In this document: positions 20,154 through 31,074 of the stretch, piece after piece
Numbering within the stretch: the first letter of the stretch is position 1
How the letters are laid out: every line of letters begins with the position of its first letter
From: Methanotrichaceae archaeon
GTDB taxonomy: Archaea; Halobacteriota; Methanosarcinia; Methanotrichales; Methanotrichaceae
Assembly (NCBI GenBank): GCA_963748825.1
Contig: CAVVKN010000007.1
Span: forward strand, 26,232-90,231
Length of the DNA stretch: 64,000 bases
Reading direction: 5' to 3'
The notes under the pieces: model-generated
What the model saw: the letters and a program-made list of their open reading frames with translations, nothing else
The model's database searches: none
Told to the model about the DNA's origin: nothing
Program-made: the position numbers and the translations under genes

Positions 20154-22190
20154 TCATTCCGCCTTTATTATCTTAGACGCAGAAACCTTCAGCTCAGGGG
20201 TTCCTGACAATGGGTCCACTGCCCAGCCGGTGAGGATATTGGCAGGTGCCTGGCTGAAATGAAACGGGATGAATATCGTTCCCTGCTGCACATTATCCGT
20301 TATAATGGCTTCGATCGCTATCTGACCCCGTCTTGTCTTCACGATGACCATCTCCCCATTACTTATCCCTAATCTCTCTGCATCTTCATGATTGACCTCT
20401 ACCGCCGGACCGGGCATAGCCATCTCCGGCAGATTTGTACGTCTGGTCATGGTATCAGTATGAAACCTGTGGCCGCTTCGCCCCGTAATCAGCAGCAACG
20501 GGAATTCGCTGTCTGCAGTCTCATAGGCTTCCTGATACTCGGCCGGCCTGAATTTGGCTTTGCCCCTTGGAAATCTATGGACGTGCATGATGGCAGTTCC
20601 AGGATGGCCAGGGTGAGGACACGGCCATTGAAGGCCGCCCATAGTATCCAGCCGGGAATAGCTGATTCCGCCGTATGTAGGCGTAAGGGAGGCTATCTCC
20701 TCCATTATCTGAGACGGGGAGCTGTATTCTCCGAAGAGGCCTGACAAACGCAGCATTCGTGAGAGGACCTTCCACTCCGGCTGAGCCTCTCCAGGGGGCG
20801 CTACGGCCTGTCTGATCCTTTGCACCCTGCGTTCCATGGATGTAAAAGTGCCGTCCTTCTCAACAAATGATGCTGCAGGGAGGACGACATCGGCCATCAC
20901 GGAGGTCTCGGTGGGAAATATGTCCCAGACCAGCAGGAACTCCAGCGACTCCAGGGCCTTTTTGATCATAGTGCTGTTTGGATAGCTGAGCATGGGATTC
21001 TCCCCTACTATGATCAGCCCCTTTAGCTGCCCGGCCTCTGCAGCTTGCATCATCTGCAGTGCCGTCATCCCCGGCGTATCGGGCAGAGAAAGTCCCCAGG
21101 CGCTCTCGAACTTCTCCCTGGCCACGGTCACCTGCTGGTATCCAGTGTATACCCCGGGCAGCGCCCCCATATCACATGCTCCCTGCACATTCTGATGGCC
21201 TCTCAGAGGATAAAGCCCAGTCCCTTCACGTCCTATATTTCCGGTGGCCAGGGCCATGTTGGCCAGACCCTGGACGTTATTCGTTCCGGATTTATGCTGG
21301 GTTATGCCCATGGCATAGGCGATAGCTCCCCGGTCTGCGGACCCATAGGCAATAGCTGCCTCCCTGATCTTTGCAGCAGGAATGCCGGTGATAGCCTCGG
21401 CCTTACCGGGCGAAAACCTCTCCACAACCTGCATCAGCTCCTGCAGCCCTTCGGTTCTACTGGATATGAACTCTTTATCCTCCAGCCCTTCTTTGAAGAT
21501 GACGTGGAGAAAGGCATTGATCCAGGCGAGGTCAGTTCCTGGGTTTGGGGCCAGGTGAATGTCGGCCATGCGGGCCATGCTTGTGCGACGTGGATCAACC
21601 ACGATCATCTTCGCCCCCTGCTTTCTGGCCAGCCTGACATAAGGGACAAACATGGTGTGGTGATCGGTGGTGTTGGATCCGACCATAAGAATGCATTGAG
21701 CATCAGCGATACTCCGGATGGAGTTGGTCATTGCCCCGCAGCCAAGAGCCCTGGTGAGGCCCACCACCGTAGGGGCGTGACAGAGACGCGCCACATTGTC
21801 TACATTGTTGGTCTGAAGGGCAGAGCGTGCCAGCTTCATCAACAAGTAGTTCTCCTCATTGGTGCCCTTGGCCGAGGTGAGTACGCCCAGGGAGACGGGA
21901 TCGGCTTTCTTGATCTCATTGAGTTTGCCAAGGGAAAGGGACAGGGCCTCTCTCCATGAGGATCTAACCAGAGCCCCGCCCTTCCTGACCAGAGGGAAAC
22001 GCAGGCGGTCTTCATGACCAGGGAACTCCCAGGCATGGCGGCCCTTGATGCATAACCGACCCTTGGACACCGGATGTGAAACCTCCGGTGAGGCCTTAAA
22101 GATCTGTCCTTCATTCACATGCAGGACCAGACCGCAACCGCAGCCGCAAAAAACGCATGTTGTATGAATGTCTTGGGTTGTTCCCATCAT
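20154..22190 (-). CDS. fdhF: Formate dehydrogenase alpha subunit (Cys-type molybdopterin oxidoreductase)
   Basis: CVFCGCGC...C 4Fe-4S motif, ARLCHAP active site, LRGHQNVQG, C-terminal molybdopterin-dinucleotide domain. Confidence 0.88.
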   Translation of the reverse strand: MMGTTQDIHTTCVFCGCGCGLVLHVNEGQIFKASPEVSHPVSKGRLCIKGRHAWEFPGHEDRLRFPLVRKGGALVRSSWREALSLSLGKLNEIKKADPVSLGVLTSAKGTNEENYLLMKLARSALQTNNVDNVARLCHAPTVVGLTRALGCGAMTNSIRSIADAQCILMVGSNTTDHHTMFVPYVRLARKQGAKMIVVDPRRTSMARMADIHLAPNPGTDLAWINAFLHVIFKEGLEDKEFISSRTEGLQELMQVVERFSPGKAEAITGIPAAKIREAAIAYGSADRGAIAYAMGITQHKSGTNNVQGLANMALATGNIGREGTGLYPLRGHQNVQGACDMGALPGVYTGYQQVTVAREKFESAWGLSLPDTPGMTALQMMQAAEAGQLKGLIIVGENPMLSYPNSTMIKKALESLEFLLVWDIFPTETSVMADVVLPAASFVEKDGTFTSMERRVQRIRQAVAPPGEAQPEWKVLSRMLRLSGLFGEYSSPSQIMEEIASLTPTYGGISYSRLDTMGGLQWPCPHPGHPGTAIMHVHRFPRGKAKFRPAEYQEAYETADSEFPLLLITGRSGHRFHTDTMTRRTNLPEMAMPGPAVEVNHEDAERLGISNGEMVIVKTRRGQIAIEAIITDNVQQGTIFIPFHFSQAPANILTGWAVDPLSGTPELKVSASKIIKAE

Positions 22191-22573
22191 ATCTGTATTC
22201 TGAAGAACTCAGTGATATGGTTTTTGGTGAGTATTACCGGTGGACTTCAGGGATTCTCCTTGAGCTTTACCTGGAACTCAAGCTCCCTCCTGCTTGGATA
22301 TAGATCTCTCTGCCAAAGGTTTATGCAATTGGTTTTCGCCATATGGACGGGCATTCTCCTGGTTGAGATCGAGAGTCCTCCTTCGGGCATAAAAAAGAAA
22401 ACTCTAGGCGAGATGGTTGATCAAGTCAGATCGGAATCTATTGTCGACTTGATGGCTATTGGACTAAAAGTTGGGAAGTAGAGTTATAATTTGAATGATG
22501 CGCAGGTATGTAACAGGAACATATTTATAAATATAAATAGAAACTAGAAACTTATTATAAGGAGATAATACTA

Positions 22574-25306
22574 ATGGCGTCTGAGTCTGAAAATAAGTGG
22601 CATGCCCTGAATACTGACCAGGTTCTGCAAAAATTGGATAGCAACTCACGGGGTTTGAGTTCGGATGAGGCTGTCAGACGCTACAAGTCTTTCGGCCCCA
22701 ATGAGCTGGAGGAAGGCAAGAAACTGAGCAAGCTCGCTCTGGCAATCGAGCAGGTGAAAAATCCTCTTATCGCCGTCCTCGGCCTGGCTGCCGTCATCTC
22801 CTTTCTGGCTGACAAGATGATAGATGCAGCCGTTATAATTGCCGTAATTTGCATCAACACTGCTCTGGGTTTTTTTAAAGAGTATAAAGCGGAAGAGGCC
22901 ATTTTGGCGCTCAGATCCCAGGCTTCGGCCGAAGCCAGGGTCTTGCGGGATTGCCCGGAGGCGGGAATCTGCCAGGAGATGCGCATCAAATCCCAGGAGG
23001 TAGTTCCTGGCGACATCATTCTTCTGGAGGCAGGTGCAAAGGTCCCGGCCGACTCGCGCATCATCGAGCAGGCGAATTTAGAGGTGGATGGATCCATGCT
23101 CACCGGCGAATCGGTGCCTGCGAGAAAAACGGCCGACACTCTGGAAGGAGGCCTGGTCATTGCGGAAAGGGACAATATCATTTTTGCAGGAACGGTGGTC
23201 ACATCCGGAAGGTGCAAAGCCGCTGTATTTGCCACGGGAATGAATAGCGAGATGGGAAAGATTGCCCGGCAGATAACCAAAACACAGAAGGCCAAGACTC
23301 CCCTCAAGAGGCGCACTCTGGATCTCTCCAAGAAACTGATGATTCTGGCACTCTTCGCCAGCAGCCTGACAATGGTGGTGGGTTTTTGGCGAGGATTTGA
23401 ACTCATCGAGCTGTTTCTCTTTACACTGGCCATGGCAGTCTCAGCCATCCCCGAGGGCCTTCCCGCAGCCATAACCGTCACCTTAGCGGTGGGAGTCAGC
23501 CGCATGGCAGGCCGCCACGCCATCATCCGCAGACTTGATGCTGTGGAGACGCTGGGGTCGGTCACCGCGGTTTGCACTGATAAGACCGGAACTCTGACCA
23601 CCAATCAGATGACGGTTCAAAAGATTTTCCTGGCGGGCCGCATGGTTGATGTCTCAGGGATAGGATTTCAGCCCGAGGGCGGCTTTGAGCTGGATAAAGT
23701 GCCGCTGAAGGCATTGGAGGACGAGAGCCTGGCCATGTTTCTTAAGATCGCGGCCCTGTGCAATGATGCATCTCTTAAAACCCATAAAGAAGAGAAAGAT
23801 AGATGGGAAATTCTGGGAGACCCGACAGAGGGCGCTTTGGTGGTGGCTTCGGCCAAAGCCGGTCTGCATAAGAGCGAGCTTGATGAAAGCTATCCCCGCA
23901 TCGACGAGATACCCTTTGATCCAAAGAACAGGTACATGTCAACCATTCACCGCACTGCTTCGGGAGAGGTGCTGGCATTGCTCAAAGGAGCGCCGGAGAC
24001 GATCCTCGATATGTGCTCCCGGGTTTTGGAGAATGGAAAACTTGCGGACCTCACCAGGGAGAAAAAGGATGATTATCTTGTGGCCGGCTCCCAGATGGCT
24101 GGAGAGGCCCTGAGGGTCCTGGCCATGGCCTATGTCGCTATTGCCCCTGAAGAGATTGAAAATTTTAAAAAGAACGGCCCTGGCAATCTGATTTTTTCCG
24201 GTTTTTCAGGTATGATCGATCCACCCAGGCCTGAGGCCATCAGGTCTGTAAAGCTTTGCAAGAGAGCGGGAATAAAGGTTACCATGGCCACGGGAGATCA
24301 TAAGGTAACCGCACAGGCCATAGCCAGGGAGATTGGAATCTATGAGGAAGGGTCGAAGGTTCTGACCGGCCTGGACCTGGACAGCCTGAGCGATAAAGAG
24401 CTGGACGATTTAATTCAGGATACCACCGTCTTCGCCCGCGTCTCTCCCAAGCATAAGCATCGCATAGTGCAATCGCTGCAGAGAAGAGGTCACATCGTAG
24501 CCATGACCGGAGACGGAGTCAATGACGCTCCTGCCCTCAAGGCGGCAGAGATCGGCATCGCCATGGGCATAACAGGAACCGATGTCACCAAAGAGACTGC
24601 GGACATGATTCTGACGGATGACAACTTTCAGAGCATAGTGAACGCGGTGGAAGAGGGCAGGGTTATCTTCGAGAATATCAGAAAGGTGGTGAAATATCTC
24701 ATCAGCACAAATGCGGGAGAGATCCTCACCATCCTGGTGGCCCTGGTATTCCTGGCTATAAATGTGCTGATCTTCACTCCGGTGCAGATCCTGTGGGTCA
24801 ATTTGGTGACCGACGGGCTGCTGGTAATAAATCTGGCCATGGAGCCCAAAGAAGAGGATGTGATGGACCAGCCACCCAGAAACCCCAAGGCAAACATCAT
24901 CAATATGGATGTCCTGAAAAATGTGTTGTTTGTTGCTGTTTTCATGGCCGCAGGAACGCTCTTTGTGTTCATTAGGGAGCTGAATGGCGGAGACATCTAC
25001 AGGGCTCAGACTTTAGGCTTTACCACCCTGGCCATGTTCCAGATATTCAATGCACTCAACTGCAGGTCCAGAGACAAGTCCGTCTTTCAGATCGGACTGT
25101 TCAGCAACAAATATCTGATAGCGGCCATAGCCGTATCCTTAACCCTGCAGCTGTTGGCGACAACGTTGCCATTCTTTCAGATGGCACTGGGAACGGTTGC
25201 GCTCTCGCTTAATGATTGGGCTACCATCTTTGCCGTCTCAAGTACGGTATTCGTGGCCGATGAGCTGAGGAAGCTGGTAAAAAGAAAAAGGATGCAAAGT
25301 GACTGA
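22574..25306 (+). CDS. Cation-transporting P-type ATPase (type II, Ca2+-like)
   Basis: TGES, IPEGL, DKTGT, KGAPE, TGDGVNDAPAL, WVNLVTDG. Confidence 0.92.
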   Translation: MASESENKWHALNTDQVLQKLDSNSRGLSSDEAVRRYKSFGPNELEEGKKLSKLALAIEQVKNPLIAVLGLAAVISFLADKMIDAAVIIAVICINTALGFFKEYKAEEAILALRSQASAEARVLRDCPEAGICQEMRIKSQEVVPGDIILLEAGAKVPADSRIIEQANLEVDGSMLTGESVPARKTADTLEGGLVIAERDNIIFAGTVVTSGRCKAAVFATGMNSEMGKIARQITKTQKAKTPLKRRTLDLSKKLMILALFASSLTMVVGFWRGFELIELFLFTLAMAVSAIPEGLPAAITVTLAVGVSRMAGRHAIIRRLDAVETLGSVTAVCTDKTGTLTTNQMTVQKIFLAGRMVDVSGIGFQPEGGFELDKVPLKALEDESLAMFLKIAALCNDASLKTHKEEKDRWEILGDPTEGALVVASAKAGLHKSELDESYPRIDEIPFDPKNRYMSTIHRTASGEVLALLKGAPETILDMCSRVLENGKLADLTREKKDDYLVAGSQMAGEALRVLAMAYVAIAPEEIENFKKNGPGNLIFSGFSGMIDPPRPEAIRSVKLCKRAGIKVTMATGDHKVTAQAIAREIGIYEEGSKVLTGLDLDSLSDKELDDLIQDTTVFARVSPKHKHRIVQSLQRRGHIVAMTGDGVNDAPALKAAEIGIAMGITGTDVTKETADMILTDDNFQSIVNAVEEGRVIFENIRKVVKYLISTNAGEILTILVALVFLAINVLIFTPVQILWVNLVTDGLLVINLAMEPKEEDVMDQPPRNPKANIINMDVLKNVLFVAVFMAAGTLFVFIRELNGGDIYRAQTLGFTTLAMFQIFNALNCRSRDKSVFQIGLFSNKYLIAAIAVSLTLQLLATTLPFFQMALGTVALSLNDWATIFAVSSTVFVADELRKLVKRKRMQSD

Positions 25307-25329
25307 AAAAGTACCATCGAGGTCTTCAT

Positions 25330-25460
25330 CAAAGATACCAAAAACCTTCTCGTGGATTGGGTGGAAGACGGCTGGCTTGAGGTGACAAACCCCTCTCGCC
25401 GCGCTCGTGCCTATAAATTATCGGCAAAATATCGGCAATACGTCGGCAGCTTATCGGTAA
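25330..25460 (+). pseudogene. Possible C-terminal wHTH remnant of a Fic-family protein
   Basis: NLLVDWVEDGWLEVTNPSRRARAYKLSAKYRQY; recalled resemblance only, no start or Fic motif. Confidence 0.35.
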
Positions 25461-25672
25461 TGCCTCGGGAAGAAGAGAAGAACGAACGCGGATTGAGTAC
25501 AAGCGCATTTCTATCACTTCATGCAAAAGCTTTTTCCCGTTTGCCGCCGCTAAGCCGTCATCGGGAGGATAATTGCATTTGACCCTGAGCCTCAAGTTCC
25601 ATAATCTCATTTTGAAGTCCTGCCTCGCTTTTCCGATCGCCCTCGTCAGCCCCGGCCCGGAGCCCTGTCTTC

Positions 25673-25880
25673 ATGCCCGATCCCGTCCGCTGGGGTCCGG
25701 ACAATCCCCATCCTCTCTCCCAGATGAGGACATAGCCCGGTCTGGGATGGCAAGTACGACGAGTACGGCCGCCGTCGCAACGTGGGACGAAGGCCGGGGC
25801 GCCTGCCCCGGGCAGAAGATCGAGACGGTGGACGAAGCCCCGGGAGCGAGGCCCTGGCATCCGGCCAGACCACTTTTGGG
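25673..25880 (+). pseudogene. N-terminal remnant of a DNA methyltransferase (type III Mod-like)
   Basis: MPDPVRWGPDNPHPLSQMRT*...VWDGKYDEYGRRR...QKIETVDE reconstructed across a stop and frameshifts. Confidence 0.5.
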
Positions 25881-26024
25881 GAGCTGTCCACTACCTTGCA
25901 GGAGGACTTTCGAAACCGGCTCATCGGGGGCGAGAACAGCAGGTAATGGCCTCGCTGCTTAAGGAGTTCCGGGGTAAGACCTGCATCAGAGGCCAGAACC
26001 TACGCAGATGATGGGATGTAATAA

Positions 26025-26816
26025 ATGGTGAAATCCAGCAAGGCGATCTACTCTAGCAAAATACTAAAAGCAGGATCGATCCTAGCAGAGACAAAGATAC
26101 TGCTAGCTGACTGGGACAACTCAGTTTCTGTGAATCAAAATCTTGATCGTTTTCGTCAGAGTAACATTCTTGGAAAGGCATCCCGTTCCAGGGTAGAAGA
26201 CATCTTGCAAGTATTTAGGCAGCGCTACTTGGTTGAGGAGCAAGTTAGAAAAGCGCTTGTTAGCCTAATGAAGGCAAGATTCTCAGCAGATAGCCTACAT
26301 CTGATTTTGTACTTTCATGCGGCAAGATCCGATCCGCTCATTCACGACTTCGTAATTGAAGTTCTATGGCCGAGGTATCAGATTGGAAGGCAGGATATTC
26401 TAGTAAAAGACGCTGAAAACTGGATACGAGAGAAAATCTCCAAAGGAGTAACGACTAGACCCTGGTCAGACAACACTATAGAGAAATCTGCTCAGGGATT
26501 GATGAGCACATTAAGAGACTTCGGCGTTCTACAAGGACTAAAGAATAAACGTCTTGCTCCGGCTTATTTGCCTGTGGATGCCTTCTCTTACGTCGCCTTT
26601 TTCCTGAGCAGACTTCAGCCATCCGGCAAACGTCTTCTGGAAAGCAAAGAGTGGCAATTATTCTTCCTGAGAACAGAGGCCGCAGAGCACCTCTTTATGG
26701 AAGCCCACCAGCAGCATTTACTGGATTATCATGCCGCTGGTTCCGTAGTCAGGATTGTATTCCCGTCTGATTCCATCGAGGAGTATGTTCATGTTATCCT
26801 TAAAAGAACGTATTGA
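26025..26816 (+). CDS. brxA: BREX protein BrxA (DUF1819-like)
   Basis: First gene of the cluster; WSDNTIEKSAQGLMSTLRDFGVL motif. Confidence 0.8.
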   Translation: MVKSSKAIYSSKILKAGSILAETKILLADWDNSVSVNQNLDRFRQSNILGKASRSRVEDILQVFRQRYLVEEQVRKALVSLMKARFSADSLHLILYFHAARSDPLIHDFVIEVLWPRYQIGRQDILVKDAENWIREKISKGVTTRPWSDNTIEKSAQGLMSTLRDFGVLQGLKNKRLAPAYLPVDAFSYVAFFLSRLQPSGKRLLESKEWQLFFLRTEAAEHLFMEAHQQHLLDYHAAGSVVRIVFPSDSIEEYVHVILKRTY

Positions 26817-27369
26817 GCTTTTGGAAAATGACCTAAAGGCAAAGCCGCCGCGGGTAAGCGTTTACCATGATATGCCGTTTGCCATATTAAGGTATGAGCC
26901 TCAAGAGGAGTGGACGCTGCGTAAAGAGCTAAGCTTGCTGAACACCAGATTGAACGCTATGGGAAAGGATGTAGTGCTGATATCTTTGGCTGAATTGCTT
27001 TGGGAAGCCATAGAAAAATCCGAGGGGTTGGAAGAAATAACAAACCTCGAAAAGGATATGGGATTTGAAAAGGCGCAGGAGCAAGTTACCATCTACCTTT
27101 CCGATTCTGATTATCGACCACTTAGGGAAATGCTGGCTGAGCGCTTGGAGTTGCTTGATCCAGATAAACATATTGCTTTTTTGATAAGATCCGCTTGCAT
27201 GGCTCCGGCGATATATCCTATGTCCAGGCTTCTTGACGAAATGCATGGCTACACCAGGGTAACAACAATACTCTTCTATCCGGGGACAATAGAGGGAACA
27301 ACTGGCCTTCGTTTTATGGATTTAGATGACAGAGAAGTTCAGGGAAATTATAGAGTGAAGATTTACTGA
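26791..27369 (+). CDS. brxB: BREX protein BrxB (DUF1788-like)
   Basis: PFAILRYEPQEEW, ILFYPG, GNYR motifs; between brxA and brxC. Confidence 0.8.
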   Translation: MLSLKERIELLENDLKAKPPRVSVYHDMPFAILRYEPQEEWTLRKELSLLNTRLNAMGKDVVLISLAELLWEAIEKSEGLEEITNLEKDMGFEKAQEQVTIYLSDSDYRPLREMLAERLELLDPDKHIAFLIRSACMAPAIYPMSRLLDEMHGYTRVTTILFYPGTIEGTTGLRFMDLDDREVQGNYRVKIY

Positions 27370-27378
27370 TATTTACTG

Positions 27379-30300
27379 ATGTTAGTGGGAGATTCAGGAA
27401 TGGAATTAATCGGGGATCTACTCTCCAGGGATCTAAACCAGGTCATTGAAGAGATAATACAGGTGGATCAGCTGGATGAGCAGACAGTCTACTCGGAGAT
27501 TACTGAGTATGTGGCAACGAGCCGGATTAAGGATCACTACAGGTCGCTCCTGAAGGCAATCGCAGAAGCTCCATCTGAGCCTCATGAAGGTGTAGGGATC
27601 TGGATCTCTGGTTTCTTTGGCTCCGGTAAATCTTCCTTCGCCAAGAATCTGGGCTACGTATTGGCCAATCCCACGATACTGAGAAACAGTTACAGCGACC
27701 TCTTCAAAAATCAGCTTAAAGACAGAAGGATCAGCGAATTGGTGGATTTCATCAACAAGGGATTTCCCACCGAGGTGATCATGTTTGACATCTCCAAGGC
27801 CAAGGAGGTCAAAAGAGGAGATGAGAAGATTGCGGAGGTCATCTACCGGCGATTGCTCTCCCATTTGGACTATGCTGAGGATTACGATATTGCCGAACTG
27901 GAGATCGAGCTGGAAGGCGATGGACGGCTCAATGAGTTCTTAGGGTTTTCCAGAGAGGTCAACGGCAAGGAGTGGAGCGCGGCCAGAAAAGGAGCTATGA
28001 AGATCAATTACGCCTCTGCAATCCTTCATAAAATGAATCCAGAGACATTTCCAGAAGCCGATTCCTGGGCCAAATCTCTCCAGGGAAAGCATCCTACTCT
28101 TACTATCGAACTGGTTGTTGATCGGGCCTTTGAGCTTACGGCAAGGAGGCGCCCCGGAAAAGCTCTTTTCTTCATAATCGACGAGGTCGGACAGTACGTT
28201 GCTCGCAGTGTGGACAGGATTGAAGATCTCCGTGCCTTAGTGGAACAGTTCGGCAAGGTCAGCAAGAATCGCTTGAAGGCAAAGAAGGCTATCGCTCCCT
28301 CATGGATCGCCGTTACATCTCAAGAAAAGCTGGAAGAAGTTGTGGCCGCTCTGGATTCAAAAAGAGTAGAGCTGGCAAAACTCCAGGACAGGTTCAAGTA
28401 CAGGGTGGATCTTGCTCCCGCTGATATTCGAGAGGTAGCAAGCCGCAGAGTGCTGGCCAAAAAGGATGATGCGATAGCGGTCTTGAAGAGCTTATTTGAT
28501 AGAGCCCAGGGACAGCTGAACCTCAGCTGCCGGCTGGAGAGGACATCACGAAGGAGCGAGGTCCTGGAAGAGGAGTTCATCCAGAGTTACCCATATCTTC
28601 CTCATTTTATCGATATGTCCATCGACATAATGTCTGGCATCCGATTGCAGCCGGGCGCAGACAAGCATCTGGGCGGAAGCAACCGGACAATAATCAAGCA
28701 GGCCCATGAGATGCTGGTCAATGAAAGGACGGCTTTGAAGGACAAACCAGTAGGTGCCCTGGTGACTCTCGATAAGATCTTCGACCTTGTGGAGGGGAAT
28801 ATCTCCACGGAAAAAAGAAAAGATATCGATGACATCAGACGAGGTTTTAAAACTGAGTCGGAATGGGCCTTGCGGGTGGCAAAGGCGATATGCCTGCTGG
28901 AGTTCATCAGGGACCTTCCCAGGACCGAGGCTAATATTTCAGCCTGTCTGGTAAATGAAGTCAGCAGGCCCGCGCCCTTAGCCGATGTGAAAACGGCTTT
29001 GGATCTCCTCTTGGAGGCAAAGTTCGTTCGAAACTCGGAGGATGGGTGGAAGCTGCAGACTGCGGAGGAGAAGAGCTGGGAGACGGAGAGAAGAAGCCTG
29101 GAGCCGAAAGCGAGGGAGAGGAGAGATATTCTCAACGAAGCCGTATCCGGCATGTTTGGCGAGCTGGGGCTTAAAAGCTATCGTTTCCAGAAGCTGAAGA
29201 CCTTTAAAGTGGGAGTCAGCTATAACGGTGACAAGGTAGAGGATGGACAGATATCGCTTTCCATCATGAGTTCGGACGATATCTCGGCTTTCCAGGCCAG
29301 AAAAGAGGAGATCAGGGCGGAGAGCAGGCAGGAAGGCCGCAAGAACGAGATATATTTTGTGTTTCCGCTAAACGCTGAGATCGATGCAACGGTTTCAGAT
29401 CTGCATTCCTCCAGGGAGATGGTCAAGAAGTATGATCATCTGCGGGCACAAAACAAGATCGCAGGGGAGCAGGCTGCACTGCTGGAAGGCGAGAAGAAGG
29501 AAATTAGCAGGAAGAAGTCCAGGCTGCAGGAAAAGGTATCTGAGGCTTTTATGAGCGGGGCCTCCATGTTCCGGGGCAGCTCCAAGGACGGATCGGATCT
29601 GGGAAAGAGCCTTGAGAATGCAATCAAGAATCTTTTGGATGATGTCGTCCTGGACCTTTATCCCAGGCTGCCCATGTGGGCCCGCCCGCTCAAAGGAAAT
29701 GAGGCGGAGGAGCTGCTGAAGGCTGCCAATCTGAGCGGGCTTCCTGCTATCTTTTGCAACAGCGAGCTGGGGATGAATCTGGTTGTGAGAGACAGCCAGA
29801 AATTTGTGATCAATTGCGAAGCTGAGGTGGCAAAGGAGGTTCTCGACCACTTAATCCGGGAGCACGGCTTTGGAAACCGGGAGACTCGGACCGGCAAGGC
29901 TCTTGAGGCTCACTTCGGGGGGCTGGGCTACGGAGGAGACCAGGATATGCTCAGGCTGGTTCTGGCGGTGCTTTTCCGGGGTGGGGCGATTGAAACATCC
30001 TTCGGAGGTCAGCGTTTTGATTCCTATCAGGACACGGCCAGCCATGAGGCTTTCAATAACAGCCGAACATTCAGGTCAGCTCTCTTTACTCCTGCAACGG
30101 TCATTCCCATCCAGAATCTCACCCGAGCGGTAGAGAGATTCGAAGAGATAACCGGCGGGACTGTGGATGTGGACAAAAATGCCATCGCATCCGCCTTCAA
30201 GCAGTTCGCTGAGAAGGAGATGCGAGGGCTGCTCCCTATCGAGGAGAGGATCAGGGCAAACGGCCTGCCTGGGCAGGATAGGTTCGAGAAGGTCAAAGAG

Positions 30301-31047
30301 ATCCTTCAGCAGGCAAGAAAAGGGACAGCAGAAGAGGTTGTGGGCATTCTGGCAGGGGAGGGCAAGTCGCTGAAGGAATCTCTGGACAGCGTTCACAGAA
30401 TCAGGGATTCCATGAACGATGAGGCCCTTAAGTCCGTCAAAAACGCGCGCTCGGCTCTGAAAGAAATGTGGCCAGTCCTAAAGGTTTGTCTCGAAGATGA
30501 TGACGAGATCAAGGAGATGGCTGCGGACCTTGATGCGCTTCTGCTGTCTGCGGATTTGTATGATAAGCTCAGCGAGATGAAGAGAGCTTCAGCGGAAATA
30601 TCAGGGCGCTACTTCAAGATTTACACCAGTACGCATGACTCAAGGAGGGATGCCTTCCAGGCAGTCATCGATGAGATCAAGCTAACTTCTGATTGGGGGA
30701 CGATCAAAGAGAGCATGAGAGAGTCGATCTTGCGAGAGCTGACGGCAAAGGGATGCGAGGATCAAGAAATTGGGCAAAACAGCGTTTATTGCTCCAATTG
30801 TAGGGCAAGCATCCCGCAGATGGAGTCCGACAGCCGGGCCCTGGCAGAGATCAAGACCAGTGCACTGCAAAGGATGGCGGAGCTTATGCAGACGGCAGGC
30901 GGGCCAAAGCGAGTGGAGAGGGTGCGCCTTTCCAAAATATACAAAGGCAAGGTCGACTCCAAGGAATCAGTGGATAGAGCTGTAGAAGCACTGCGAGAGC
31001 ACCTGATGAAGCTTCTTTTGGAAAACGCAAGCATAATCCTGGAGTGA
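27379..31047 (+). CDS. brxC: BREX P-loop ATPase BrxC
   Basis: WISGFFGSGKS Walker A, FIIDEVGQY Walker B, TSQE, YPYLP; 1222 aa. Confidence 0.92.
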   Translation: MLVGDSGMELIGDLLSRDLNQVIEEIIQVDQLDEQTVYSEITEYVATSRIKDHYRSLLKAIAEAPSEPHEGVGIWISGFFGSGKSSFAKNLGYVLANPTILRNSYSDLFKNQLKDRRISELVDFINKGFPTEVIMFDISKAKEVKRGDEKIAEVIYRRLLSHLDYAEDYDIAELEIELEGDGRLNEFLGFSREVNGKEWSAARKGAMKINYASAILHKMNPETFPEADSWAKSLQGKHPTLTIELVVDRAFELTARRRPGKALFFIIDEVGQYVARSVDRIEDLRALVEQFGKVSKNRLKAKKAIAPSWIAVTSQEKLEEVVAALDSKRVELAKLQDRFKYRVDLAPADIREVASRRVLAKKDDAIAVLKSLFDRAQGQLNLSCRLERTSRRSEVLEEEFIQSYPYLPHFIDMSIDIMSGIRLQPGADKHLGGSNRTIIKQAHEMLVNERTALKDKPVGALVTLDKIFDLVEGNISTEKRKDIDDIRRGFKTESEWALRVAKAICLLEFIRDLPRTEANISACLVNEVSRPAPLADVKTALDLLLEAKFVRNSEDGWKLQTAEEKSWETERRSLEPKARERRDILNEAVSGMFGELGLKSYRFQKLKTFKVGVSYNGDKVEDGQISLSIMSSDDISAFQARKEEIRAESRQEGRKNEIYFVFPLNAEIDATVSDLHSSREMVKKYDHLRAQNKIAGEQAALLEGEKKEISRKKSRLQEKVSEAFMSGASMFRGSSKDGSDLGKSLENAIKNLLDDVVLDLYPRLPMWARPLKGNEAEELLKAANLSGLPAIFCNSELGMNLVVRDSQKFVINCEAEVAKEVLDHLIREHGFGNRETRTGKALEAHFGGLGYGGDQDMLRLVLAVLFRGGAIETSFGGQRFDSYQDTASHEAFNNSRTFRSALFTPATVIPIQNLTRAVERFEEITGGTVDVDKNAIASAFKQFAEKEMRGLLPIEERIRANGLPGQDRFEKVKEILQQARKGTAEEVVGILAGEGKSLKESLDSVHRIRDSMNDEALKSVKNARSALKEMWPVLKVCLEDDDEIKEMAADLDALLLSADLYDKLSEMKRASAEISGRYFKIYTSTHDSRRDAFQAVIDEIKLTSDWGTIKESMRESILRELTAKGCEDQEIGQNSVYCSNCRASIPQMESDSRALAEIKTSALQRMAELMQTAGGPKRVERVRLSKIYKGKVDSKESVDRAVEALREHLMKLLLENASIILE

Positions 31048-31074
31048 TGAAGATGAAGGAAAAGATGGGCAATT

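Noticed and set aside
21770-21795. Selenocysteine in formate dehydrogenase
   Set aside because: The active-site codon is TGT (Cys) and the ORF has no internal TGA.
22200-22480. Small gene upstream of fdhF
   Set aside because: All frames are short or interrupted and show no recognisable motif.
27361-27380. 10-bp tandem duplication atttactgat at the brxB/brxC junction
   Set aside because: Only two copies, does not break either gene; too weak to call phase variation.
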